Below, in pieces: positions 10,765-21,298 of a stretch of DNA of 63,419 bases. Position 1 is the stretch's first letter, and each line of letters starts with the position of its first letter. A program made the position numbers and the translations under genes. Origin of the DNA: Amoeboaphelidium occidentale (Eukaryota); NCBI GenBank assembly GCA_023515795.1, contig JALGPX010000069.1:1-63419 (forward strand), in the 5' to 3' direction. The notes under the pieces were generated by a model, which did not search any database, was not told the origin of the DNA, and was given only the letters and a program-made list of their open reading frames with translations.

Positions 10765-11322
10765 TTAATTATTATATTATGTAGTAGTAGAAGAGTGAGT
10801 TAAATGATAATTTTCGTAAAAAAGCGAAAAAATTATCTGATCGGCGACAGCGCAACCGATAGCTTGAAAATGAAGTGTAGAATATCTCACGGGGAGCAAA
10901 ACTATTTGTATTCTACGATTAAGCTTCTGGTTACTTCGCAAAATGATATTCTATTCTCTTAAAATTCTCCGCGATTTTCGATCTTTGCAGCAAATGGGTT
11001 CAAAGGAGAGCGAATACTTCGAAACAGAACTGAAGAGTCAACCAAATGATCTAATAGAGATGTATGCAACGACGTTTTAGCGTTTAAACAAATTGCTTCA
11101 AAAACAATTAGATTTCAAGATCCAATGATATTTGAGTGTTTGTACACACATGTAACCTTGAACGATCAAATCACCCAATGATATCGCCGGATTTTGACGA
11201 ATTGGCCAATGATATTGCAGGATTTTTATTGAGCTAGATATACCCCCTTTAAGAAAGCGCATTCGCACTCCAGCTCGCAGCATGTAGACGCTTGAGCTGG
11301 ATCTCTACAATTACTAAAAAAT

Positions 11323-11739
11323 CTATTGCCTGTGATCTTCTTCTGTAGTCTCTACAGTTCCATCAGGTCTGGTTATTGTCTTTATCGTGTGACAGAATCG
11401 TTTTACGTCGCAATTTGTGCGTATCTCTTCAACAGTTCCATCAGCTTTCACTATCCTCTTAGTGTTCTCAGTAGAACCATCAGGAAGCATACGAAAAGAA
11501 GATGAGCTTCTTGAGCTGCTGAAAAATCGTGAATGGTCCGTCTCTTGCTGAGATTGCGGATTGCGTAATATCGACGCCTTGAGTGCTGCTGGTGACGTAT
11601 CGGACTGCGATGCTCCAAATTGCTGTGGTTGCTGGTACTCATCAAAATCCACAGGCAGAAAAAATTTGTCCAACATGGAGAACGATCTATTGAAGAGTTC
11701 CTCTAGTAAATCCTCAGGTGGATTCGGCGGTTTGTTCAT
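11323..11739 (-). CDS. Small hypothetical protein, HAX1-like C-terminus
   Basis: 138-aa ORF with repeated PDG/ADG-T-V-E-E turns (KADGTVEEIRT, RPDGTVETTEE) reminiscent of HAX1. Confidence 0.45.
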   Translation of the reverse strand: MNKPPNPPEDLLEELFNRSFSMLDKFFLPVDFDEYQQPQQFGASQSDTSPAALKASILRNPQSQQETDHSRFFSSSRSSSSFRMLPDGSTENTKRIVKADGTVEEIRTNCDVKRFCHTIKTITRPDGTVETTEEDHRQ

Positions 11740-11769
11740 CGAGCTGGGAGTTTCAATTCGCGAAAATAA

Positions 11770-14046
11770 TCAAGCCGTTTCATCTTGCGCATTCGAGCCA
11801 AGCTTCAGGAGAGTTAGCGCGAAATCCCAAAAGCTTTTCCCTTCTTCTCTCATATCAAGCATAGAAGATGGAATCAAGTAAGCAATCATTTGCATGTCCA
11901 TAAAGATGTCTGTGTAGCAGGAGCCCGAATTAGTCGTGAACGGATAATTCTGAATGAAAAATACCTCAAGCTCATTGAGTAACTTATCTGTGCCTATTGT
12001 ACGAGTCTTGTAATTTGTCATGTCGAATGAAATGTTATCAACAATCCTTTCTTCCAGCTGTCGAATGGTCACAAGTTTGTAATAAGGGCTGCACGTTTTG
12101 GACATTTCAAACGCAAACCAGCTGGCCAAAGAAGAAGAACAAGATCGTGACTTACGGGTTATAAATTGATTAGAGAATGCCAAATCCTTGTTTGTTGATG
12201 AGAAGAATCGTGAATTAAACAAATCGTTGCACAGTAAATCCATAAAGTATCTAGAATACTTTTCAATTTCTTCTTTCTGTGAGCTATTAGACTTCTGCCA
12301 CATAAATTCTGTGAATTTGAAAACAGAAAAACTGTGAATCGAATGGATTAAAGGAAAGCAGGAATGTACAGGTTCCTCTGGCGGTAGTATTTGTATGATA
12401 TCTTTTCGTCTCAGGAATTCCACAACTTCCAAAGGATTAACAGGCTCAGCAGACCTTTTTTCAATCTGGGTCAAAGCATCTCTAAAATCTTGAGAGGATT
12501 TCAGCCGTAACTGATAAAATTGCTTCGCCAGTTTCCTTTGCTTTCTTTCGTGCTTATTTTCAATTTTTCGCATCCAAATAGATTGTTCTCGTTTAACTGA
12601 TGACTGTAAAGCCAAGAGTAAGCTATTATTGTGTTCATAGACATTCAAATGGCTCTCAAGATCTGTGAGTGTTTCCATTATTGCTGTTTCGTCCAATTTC
12701 GCTATTGAAGTAAAGAACGATGAATCGCTAATGTTAGCCCTGGATAGAATCTTGTTCAGCGTGCTTTTCCGTTTAGCATCATATTCTTTAACTGCGTGCA
12801 TTGGTGAAAGTAATTCTAAATACGCCGTAGATGGATGAACATTTCCGTTAATCTGGATAAAAAGAGACACTTCATTTCTCCTTTCCATGTGTTTTGATAT
12901 GTAGGTCAGTGCAAAATTGCTGCGCTCATCGCTTGGTATAACTTTTAAGAGCGTGAACAAATCACTAATACTCAGCATAAACATAGGAAAAGCTTCTGGA
13001 AACAATTGTGGGTGTAGACTATCACATCGAGTAGTATTGAAGTCTCTTATAATTTCAAGTATTGAAGCAAATCCAGATGAAAGTGTTGGCGTGGTTGAAC
13101 CATTTTCGACATGAAGGTAAAATGAGCAAGCTGAAGAGTAAATTAGTTGATAAATCTTTACCATCACACCCAAGATGAAAGTTTCAGATACAAGCCTATC
13201 TTCGAATACATCAGACGACAGTATAATCTTGCCAAGAAGCTTCCGAAAGAAAACCTGGACAACACAAACATTAAGAAGCGCAGTATCCATCGTGGAAATT
13301 AAATCTTGATACAAAACCATGAGGACCCATGGAAACTTTGTCAGAGATTCCTCAAGACCTTTCAAGATCTTTATCGCAAACTGCTCCACTTGATCTTGAC
13401 AAACATCAGTGTTCACGTGTACAGTTTTCCATATTTCAACCAAGACAGGTTCGATCTCATTTTTAATAAGAACATCCACTTCAAATAAAGAAAACAAGAA
13501 GAACAATATATGCGTAATAGAATGAGAATGTTTGCATAAAGATATAAGTCTTTTGTAGAATCTGTAGCAGAGAACTTGTTCTGATTTGTGATCAAAAATG
13601 TCCAATATACACGATGTATACAGGAACAGTATAGCCTTTAGATCTTCAGACATCTTTTGCGTATATGGATTATTGATCTCGTCAGAGAACGTTGTAAACA
13701 CAATCTCAGCAAGCTCTTCAGGATTGTCGCGACAAAAGTGTAGCATTTCGATTACTGATGCTTTCATCTTTTCAGAAAACCACGCCATGAAGCCGTCTTT
13801 TACTTTGCTTCCAAGCTGTTGCTCCAACTTGTCATTAGATTTTAGTTGGTCTTTCAGTGTGATCAAGTCGTGTTCGTCGTGTTGTTTTCCAATAGGAGTG
13901 TCTTTCACGACTTCCCATAAGTATTCTCTACGCATTGCAAGATTCCGTAAGTGATCATCCATAATACTTGAGATATTTTCGCATTGCGATTCCTCAGCGG
14001 CTATATTCATCAAAGACAGGCGAAGTATCTTTGTCTCCATGATCAT
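11770..14046 (-). CDS. Hypothetical protein with probable C-terminal VPS9 (Rab5 GEF)-like domain and possible RasGAP-like middle region
   Basis: 758-aa ORF; C-terminal IGTDKLL...GKSFWDFAL resembles fungal VPS9-domain proteins. Confidence 0.5.
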   Translation of the reverse strand: MIMETKILRLSLMNIAAEESQCENISSIMDDHLRNLAMRREYLWEVVKDTPIGKQHDEHDLITLKDQLKSNDKLEQQLGSKVKDGFMAWFSEKMKASVIEMLHFCRDNPEELAEIVFTTFSDEINNPYTQKMSEDLKAILFLYTSCILDIFDHKSEQVLCYRFYKRLISLCKHSHSITHILFFLFSLFEVDVLIKNEIEPVLVEIWKTVHVNTDVCQDQVEQFAIKILKGLEESLTKFPWVLMVLYQDLISTMDTALLNVCVVQVFFRKLLGKIILSSDVFEDRLVSETFILGVMVKIYQLIYSSACSFYLHVENGSTTPTLSSGFASILEIIRDFNTTRCDSLHPQLFPEAFPMFMLSISDLFTLLKVIPSDERSNFALTYISKHMERRNEVSLFIQINGNVHPSTAYLELLSPMHAVKEYDAKRKSTLNKILSRANISDSSFFTSIAKLDETAIMETLTDLESHLNVYEHNNSLLLALQSSVKREQSIWMRKIENKHERKQRKLAKQFYQLRLKSSQDFRDALTQIEKRSAEPVNPLEVVEFLRRKDIIQILPPEEPVHSCFPLIHSIHSFSVFKFTEFMWQKSNSSQKEEIEKYSRYFMDLLCNDLFNSRFFSSTNKDLAFSNQFITRKSRSCSSSLASWFAFEMSKTCSPYYKLVTIRQLEERIVDNISFDMTNYKTRTIGTDKLLNELEVFFIQNYPFTTNSGSCYTDIFMDMQMIAYLIPSSMLDMREEGKSFWDFALTLLKLGSNAQDETA

Positions 14047-14106
14047 GGTGCGATCAACAAACAGAAGGAAATCAAGGAAAAATCATTTTGTTTTATTTCT
14101 AGACGA

Positions 14107-15150
14107 TTACATTGATGCTGTCTGGCCTCCAGAAACATACCCTCTGGCCACTGTGACCTCTTCAGTTACGATCTCAATTGGCTGTTCTCCAGATTGCATT
14201 TGTTCACTCAAGAACTCTGGTGCTGATCTTGCGCTCTCTATGACAACGGGTGCATTTGATGTACCTGGATAGGTTTCAGATACCGCTTGTCTGGAAGTAC
14301 TAGCAGCAGCAGGTGTAACTGTGGATGTTGAAATCGGAACTACGCTTGAAGGTGCTGAAGCAGATGCCATCCCTGCACTGCTCATTCCAGCTGGTGCTTT
14401 CATAGCTTTTGCAGTGGCAGTTTGCATTTGACCAGACCCTCTCAATGACTCACCTCTAGCAACCATTCCTTCATTACGGACCATTTTTCCCATTCCAGAA
14501 GTCAAACCACCTCTAAACTGATTCATGCGACCGCGGAATGCCGAAGGTTTTCTCAATTCAGATGTCGGAATTTGGCCCGCAATAGGCTCAACAAACATGG
14601 AAGGTGTTTCGTAGTATTCTTCTTCATAGCCACCGGAAGGATAATAACCGGTAGGTTCAACATCAGACAAGTATGTAACAGGTGCTTCTGTTGATCCACG
14701 CGTATAAGTGGTAGGACCATAACCACGACTTGGGTACGAAGTAGAAGCAGGTCTTGCATAACCGTACTCTCTACCAACACCAGGACCACCTCCGCCACCT
14801 CTTGAATAGTACGGTTCACCGTAAGTGGCCATTCCGTATCCTGGAGCACCAGTACCGCCAGCAACACCAGTCGGACCACCCATAGACGTGGTGTAAGCAG
14901 TTTGACCACCATAGCCAGCACCAGCACCATACCCTGGATATTGCGATGCTGCATAAGGTTGATTCATCATTTGACTGCGAGCATAGTACTGCTGCGACTT
15001 GTCTTTGCGACGCATTCTTGAACCTTTCTGTCCCATAGTTTTCTTATTTGAGAGAAAATGTGACTTTGCGATTTTCCGACTTGACTTCGAGGCTGAAACC
15101 GCGATTTTCGATTTCGCAGTTTCAAAATTCGTTGATCCTTCGGCAGACAC
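14107..15150 (-). CDS. Gly/Tyr/Ser-rich low-complexity protein (start may be MGQKGS at ~15036)
   Basis: 347-aa ORF with strongly biased composition; no confident domain. Confidence 0.55.
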   Translation of the reverse strand: MSAEGSTNFETAKSKIAVSASKSSRKIAKSHFLSNKKTMGQKGSRMRRKDKSQQYYARSQMMNQPYAASQYPGYGAGAGYGGQTAYTTSMGGPTGVAGGTGAPGYGMATYGEPYYSRGGGGGPGVGREYGYARPASTSYPSRGYGPTTYTRGSTEAPVTYLSDVEPTGYYPSGGYEEEYYETPSMFVEPIAGQIPTSELRKPSAFRGRMNQFRGGLTSGMGKMVRNEGMVARGESLRGSGQMQTATAKAMKAPAGMSSAGMASASAPSSVVPISTSTVTPAAASTSRQAVSETYPGTSNAPVVIESARSAPEFLSEQMQSGEQPIEIVTEEVTVARGYVSGGQTASM

Positions 15151-15168
15151 TCGAAAATCGACACCAGT

Positions 15169-16710
15169 TTATTGTGCCGCCTTATTCTTTTCAATATCTT
15201 CCATAGGAATTTCTTCTGCTGCTTGGGGAACACCCTGTGCTCTGTGCCGAGAAGCTTCATGACGCTCTCCCCAAGTTGCTCTTCCTTGATGAATAGCAAC
15301 AGATAAGCACCAAACGAGAATGAAGAACACAGTAATTATCGTGAACCAAAGTATAAACGTTCCTGGGTTCTTGTAATTAACAAAGAAGTAAGGGAATCCA
15401 TTGTCTGCCGGCCCTCCTGTTGGGAAAGCAGCGGCAAATATCCATGTGTAAAATATATAGCAAATCATCATAACGGTCAAAATCAGTAAATGTCCCCAAC
15501 AATAGACAAACTTGTTGCAGAAAAACTCAATAAGAATTACAGCGAAATCAAGCGCATGAACAGAAAGCTGTTTCCATCGACCAAGAGGATCATCATCAGC
15601 AAACGAATATCCACTTCCTAAAAGTGTCCAATAAATCAGAGGAACAATTATGTGAAATGTGAAAGAGAAGGTATACAACATGCATGCAACAATTTCAATT
15701 ACTTCAGGTTTTCGTTTAAGTGATCTTTGAGGATATAATAATCGCCTCAGAGTCAAAGAAATGCTCACCCAAAAGTATGCAGTCAAGCCCAAATATGAAA
15801 GATGTGTAAAGTATGCAAACCAATAGCCACCATTGAAATCAGTAGACATACTTGCGATAATGACAGCAGTGGTGTACAACACGGCTATTGTCCTTAAAAA
15901 GAAAACAGCTTTAAGCGGAAAGAAGTAAGACGTAACAGTATGTTCTGGTTTAACAAACTTCATCCCAACTACGTAATCTAACCACCATTCTTTCGAAGTG
16001 ACATCTTTGTCCAAGAAACAGCCACAGCAGCAGCTACCACGCCCACATTTACGATACACTCTGATGGTCTTGAAAGAATTTGCATCGCCTCTGTCCTGCG
16101 ACACCAAATGTGCTTCGCTTTCTCTAGGGGTATCTTTCCGAACAGGCTCTGGTGGTAAAGATGATGCCTCTGAGGGCCTACGATATCGGTCTGCAGGTAG
16201 CGGAGGCAATATCTTGTCAACTGTAGCCCTTTTTAAACGTTGAAACAATGACACTGATGACGATCTCCTTTGTTCGCCCACGTTATCTGCTTCCAGCTTG
16301 CTCTCATTCACTTGAGACTTCTGAGACTCGGCCATCTTGTCTGCCGATGTGCCATTTGCTCCAATTTTAGCCTGTAGTTTGGCAGCTGAACTTCTTCTGG
16401 TTTCAAGCTGAACTGCTGAAGATGGTCTTCGTGCTTCTTTTGGGCTGTCCGTCATTGAAGTTCTATCAGGTTTCTTGCCTTTATCAACTGGTGCAGTGCT
16501 CGATGCTAGTGGTCCTACTTCATGGAAGCTCTGGGCTACTGATCCTGAAGCTTCTGCTGCCAAATCATTATTGGTCGTACTTCGACTGGGAGGCAGTTCA
16601 TACTTTAAGTAATTCTGTATCGCTTGCGATGTTTCTGCATCAACTTCTGAATGCGCTGCTGAGTCTGTTCGTTCTCTGGTTGCCTTATCTGATTTAGTTG
16701 TGCTTGACAT
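15169..16710 (-). CDS. Multi-pass membrane protein, rolling stone/FAR-17a-AIG1-like
   Basis: Disordered N-terminus, then several TM helices with YFTHLSY, LIYWTLL, SVHALD and FPYFF motifs. Confidence 0.7.
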   Translation of the reverse strand: MSSTTKSDKATRERTDSAAHSEVDAETSQAIQNYLKYELPPSRSTTNNDLAAEASGSVAQSFHEVGPLASSTAPVDKGKKPDRTSMTDSPKEARRPSSAVQLETRRSSAAKLQAKIGANGTSADKMAESQKSQVNESKLEADNVGEQRRSSSVSLFQRLKRATVDKILPPLPADRYRRPSEASSLPPEPVRKDTPRESEAHLVSQDRGDANSFKTIRVYRKCGRGSCCCGCFLDKDVTSKEWWLDYVVGMKFVKPEHTVTSYFFPLKAVFFLRTIAVLYTTAVIIASMSTDFNGGYWFAYFTHLSYLGLTAYFWVSISLTLRRLLYPQRSLKRKPEVIEIVACMLYTFSFTFHIIVPLIYWTLLGSGYSFADDDPLGRWKQLSVHALDFAVILIEFFCNKFVYCWGHLLILTVMMICYIFYTWIFAAAFPTGGPADNGFPYFFVNYKNPGTFILWFTIITVFFILVWCLSVAIHQGRATWGERHEASRHRAQGVPQAAEEIPMEDIEKNKAAQ

Positions 16711-16749
16711 GGTTGGGTAGAAAAACTATCGTAATCTATTTGGTCAAGT

Positions 16750-18244
16750 TCAAACAACAACTCCCTTCTTGGAGCGAATAGCTTCGATAATAGGAAGTCT
16801 CTTCTGATCGAAACGCTGCTTAATTTGCGATATCTCCTTCTCCATGTTCACTTCCAAAGCTTGCAGAATCTCGTTTAACTCTTCTACTGTATTTGGGCTT
16901 CCGTTCTCAGACTGGCTTGAGATGAAAGCAGAAGCTGCATTTCCAGGCTTGATCGTTCCATCGACGCTTGGCTTCTTGATGAGTTTCAAGAACGCAGGTT
17001 GATATGTCTTGTCTTTAGAGGCGTCTTGATTAATAACTTCCACATGTTAGAACAGAACTTAATCGTATATGATCTTACCTGACTTCATGGTAGAGTCACT
17101 AGCTGTTCCATTGACCATCATCGTGTTAAATTGAGAAGCCAATTTCTCCTCATCGACACCATCCAGTTTCTTCATAGAGACGCCACCTTTAACGGTAGCA
17201 GAATGAACTTCGATTCCTGCGCTTGGCTTGGATTCTTCTTCATCATCGCTGTCATCTTCACTTTCATTCAATGCACCTGAAGCGATCAAATCAACGGCCT
17301 TTTGGATCTTTTCTAGTAGAAGGGAGTTCGGTCCAGCTGAAGCAATAAATGGATCCTACACAATTAATTTGATCAATAAGCTTAAACCAGTTTACTGATA
17401 GCAATTGAGCTGCAGAAGCACGTTGCTCAGGATTCTTTACCAAGCATCTAGCAATAAACTTGTTGAAAGCTTCCGAAAAGTTCTTTGCATTCTCCAAAGT
17501 TGGCGGAGGTCTTGATGGAATGATGAATAGCGCTCTCATAGGATGAACATTGTAGTAAGGTGGGCGCCCTTCAGACATTTCAATAGCTGTGATACCTAAA
17601 CTCCAAATATCGGCAGAGACACCATAACCAACTTCTTGAATGATTTCCGGTGCCATCCAGAATGGTGTCCCAATAACAGTGTTTCGCTTTGCGACAGTAT
17701 CAGACAACTGACCAGCGACACCGAAATCAGCCAATTTACATTCTCCTTTGCTGTTTAGAAGAATATTTCCAGCTTTGATGTCTCTGTGAATCTTGAGTCT
17801 TTCATGCATGTACTTTAAGCCCTCTAAAGCTGATCTTACAATCACAGCAACTTCTTGCTCACTCATGACAGTCTTACACACTTTCATTATGTCAGCTACT
17901 GAACCTGCTCCACAGAATTCAATGAACATCCACAAGTTATCGTTCTTAAAGTATGATCCGTAGTATCTAACAATATATGGAGAGTCACAGCCATTCATCA
18001 CATTGATTTCCTTAATGATATCTTCCAGATCATTCTCAATTGGGACGATCTTCAAGGCAACGACTGTTCCTGACTTCTTGTGGATAGCCTTGTACACTGA
18101 ACCGTAAGATCTTTACAATAGAACATGATCAGTTATACTTCGATATTGAAATCAAGTTTACCCTTCTCCAAGCTTATCCAGCAAATTGAATACGTCATCA
18201 GGCTCCTGTTTAAGCTCTGCTTCTGTGAGTCTAAAGTCTGTCAT
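16750..18244 (-). CDS. STK4: STE20-family Hippo/MST1/2-like kinase with C-terminal SARAH domain, multi-exon
   Basis: Exon 1 MTDFRLTEAELKQEPDDVFNLLDKLGEG, HRDIKAGNILL, KRNTVIGTPFWMAPE; C-terminal EELNEILQALEVNMEKEISQIKQRFDQKRLPIIEAI. Confidence 0.9.
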
Positions 18245-18515
18245 TGATGTGATGAAACAAGTCGATCAAGTGAAACTGAAAGTGCAAGCAAGATCGTCTC
18301 AGCCTTTTCGAGCTTATCTGGTTCGAACAAAGTTAAAACCATTTGAAACTTTACGCTTGTAAAGTATCGTAACGCTCGTCGCGGTTTAATAGGGCGAGCT
18401 CCGTCTACGCCGACTAAAACGGTTCTAAAGTTCATGGTGTGGCGCAGACTCCATAATCTGATTTTCACAAACAAGTTTTTTGCGTCATTTCTTCGTGCCG
18501 TTCTTTAGTAAGAAG

Positions 18516-19742
18516 ATGACAACCGAAGAACTTTTGCAACAAGACGTAATGCCTGAGGCTACGCCTAAAAACGAGAAATCCTGGACAGCTAACAGCATTT
18601 TTGTTGTTTTTGTGCACTTGGTATCTGCTTTAACTTTCTATTTCTATCCTCCTTCTACAGTTCCATGGCAAACTTGGTTGTTGACCTTTGCGTCATGGGA
18701 GTTGGCCACGCTTGGCATTACAGCTGGATATCACCGTCTGTGGAGCCACCGCTCGTACAAGGCATCATTGCCTCTGAAGATTTTGTTGGCTTGGATGGGC
18801 ACGCTTGGTTTTCAAGGATCGATTCGTTGGTGGGTTTTGAGGCACAGACTACATCACAGGTTCACTGATACTGAAAACGATCCTTACAATGCTAAACTTG
18901 GATTCTGGCACTGTCACATTGGATGGATATTCAAGAAGTCGCTCTATTCGAAGTTTAAACTTATCAACATGTCTGATTTAGATTCTGATCCCATTGTGGC
19001 ATTTCAACACAAGTATTATCTACCGTTGGCTTTGCTTAACGGTATCATTTTACCTGCTTTAATTGCTCATTTTGGTTGGAATGACTTCCTTGGTGGTTTC
19101 TTATATACCGGCTATGTCTGTCGCGTTCTAGTTTGGCATGTTACATTCAGCATTAACAGTTTTGCGCACTTAATTGGTTCTCAAGAATTTTCCCAGAGTC
19201 ACACAGCAAAGGGTGGCTTCTTCATTGCTCTTTTGACTCAAGGCGAAGGATACCACAATTTTCATCATGAGTTTCCAAATGATTTCCGAAACGGTATCAA
19301 TTGGTATGACTATGATCCTACTAAATGGCTGCTGTCATTTATGGGAACCATTGGTTTGGCCTCCGATTTAAAAGTAACTCCTAATGACGAAATCGAAAAG
19401 ACCAAATTAAGTGCATCTTTGGCCAGAATTAAAGAAGAAATGAAACAGTATGATTTTGGCTTGGAAGAAGAACAGCTTCCCGTAATGGCAAAGGAAGAAG
19501 TCACTGAAAGGTCTAAAAACGGTTCCATAACGATGATTATTGATGATCACGTCGTAATGCCGGATGATGATCTTTTGAATAACCATCCAGGTGGTAGAAG
19601 TCTTCTGTTTAAATACAATGGTCTCGATGCTTCCAAAGCGTTCAATGGAGGTTTGAACAATCACACCGAACATGCAAGACTGTGGATGCGTAAATTGACC
19701 GTTGGCAAACTCTCAAATCGAAACATTACCAAGGAAGAGTAA
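18516..19742 (+). CDS. OLE1: Delta-9 acyl-CoA desaturase with C-terminal cytochrome b5 domain
   Basis: His boxes HRLWSH, HRLHH, HNFHH; HPGG b5 motif near the C-terminus. Confidence 0.95.
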   Translation: MTTEELLQQDVMPEATPKNEKSWTANSIFVVFVHLVSALTFYFYPPSTVPWQTWLLTFASWELATLGITAGYHRLWSHRSYKASLPLKILLAWMGTLGFQGSIRWWVLRHRLHHRFTDTENDPYNAKLGFWHCHIGWIFKKSLYSKFKLINMSDLDSDPIVAFQHKYYLPLALLNGIILPALIAHFGWNDFLGGFLYTGYVCRVLVWHVTFSINSFAHLIGSQEFSQSHTAKGGFFIALLTQGEGYHNFHHEFPNDFRNGINWYDYDPTKWLLSFMGTIGLASDLKVTPNDEIEKTKLSASLARIKEEMKQYDFGLEEEQLPVMAKEEVTERSKNGSITMIIDDHVVMPDDDLLNNHPGGRSLLFKYNGLDASKAFNGGLNNHTEHARLWMRKLTVGKLSNRNITKEE

Positions 19743-19994
19743 ATTTCTCCTTTAAAGCTCGAAAGGCCACAATAAACGAACTTGAATCGAGCAGGACGGT
19801 GCATTCAGTGCTATTTTAGTTAGGCTTCGAGGAATCAGAGTGACTACAGGGTCTAGAACCATCGATTGGTCCAGCTCAGATCTAAATCAAGGACCAATGC
19901 ACATTGCTTACAATATTTCCTTTCTTACCCGATGAACCAAATTAAGCTAGGATGTCTACTGACTTTGCTAGTTTTTATCATGCTATGCGCAAAA

Positions 19995-21256
19995 ATGAGT
20001 CATGTTAATGTTCTTTTTGAGATGTTCGACGGTCAAAATCAGCAATTTGATTCTTATGGACAGGCACGCAATTCGATGATACTAACAGAACATATTCAAA
20101 TAGACACACTGCCAGATTCTGCATTGGATTTGGTATCGCCTGGCTTCGAAGGCCCTGAAAAGCTTTTGGAGATTTGGTTCAAAATCCCCAATGGTGATGA
20201 AGACTCCGCTAGCTTGCTATCCGTCGAGCGAGACCAGTGGGTTGAAATGCTGGATCTGGTCAAATGTCAAATTATCAGCGAAATCAGTACAAAGACCACC
20301 CGGGCGTATTTGTTGAGGTAAATTCTGCGTCGGTTGTTTGCGCTAACGCGTTGTTTTGTAGTGAAAGTTCCTTGTTCGTTTTCCCGCACAAGCTGATTTT
20401 GAAAACCTGCGGCACAACGACCCTTCTCTTAAGCCTCGATAAGCTCTTTGATATCGCTAGATCAGCTGGATTTAGTGGAGATGTTGAGTACTTCTTTTAC
20501 TCCAGAAAATCCTTCATGTTCCCAGAAAGACAGCAATTTCCTCATACACATTGGAATGATGAAGTTGATTACCTAGAGAAGTATTTCACTGGTGGTGCCG
20601 CGTACGCTGTTGGTAAAACTAATGGGCCTCATTGGTATTGCTACTTATGGGAAAATGTTATGGAGGTATCCGATTGTACATCTAGCTCTGGCTCCGAAAA
20701 CTCCTTGGGGCTTTTGAAGCAGAACGGGGGAAATGATTATACTCTTGAGATTTTAATGTGTGATATGGATGAAGAAGCCGCGATGATGTTCACAAAGGAG
20801 CAAGGAGCTGGCAAGAACGGTCAATGGATGGCAACAAGTAAGCTTCAATCATTGTATGGCAGAGCTCATAAGAATGCGACTGGTCTGAAAATTGATGATT
20901 TCATGTTTGATCCCATTGGATACTCTGCCAATGGAGTTACAACTGCCGGGCATTATTTTACTGTTCATGTCACGCCAGAGACTATTTGCTCCTATGCAAG
21001 TTTTGAAACTAATATTCCTCCCTCTGGTGTATCTTATAATGATTTGGTAAGAAACGTGGTACAAATTTTTAAGCCGAAAACTTTCACTGTTACTTTGTTC
21101 GCGGAGAAGAACAAGAACGAAAATGACGATACTTTTCAAGATCGTTTAAAGGCATGTTTTTGCGGAGATAGTGTTGATGGGTACAAAAGAACTGATAGAA
21201 TTCATTATGAGTTCGAACAGTATGATTTAGGATATTATGACTATACAAGCATTTGA
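19995..21256 (+). CDS. SPE2: S-adenosylmethionine decarboxylase proenzyme (start uncertain)
   Basis: FEGPEKLLEIWF; YLLSESSLFV reconstituted across intron 20318-20361; KTCGTT; HVTPE...SYASFETN. Confidence 0.93.
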
Positions 21257-21298
21257 ATAGAAACTTTTCCCCTTTAATGAAGGAACGATAACAGCAGT

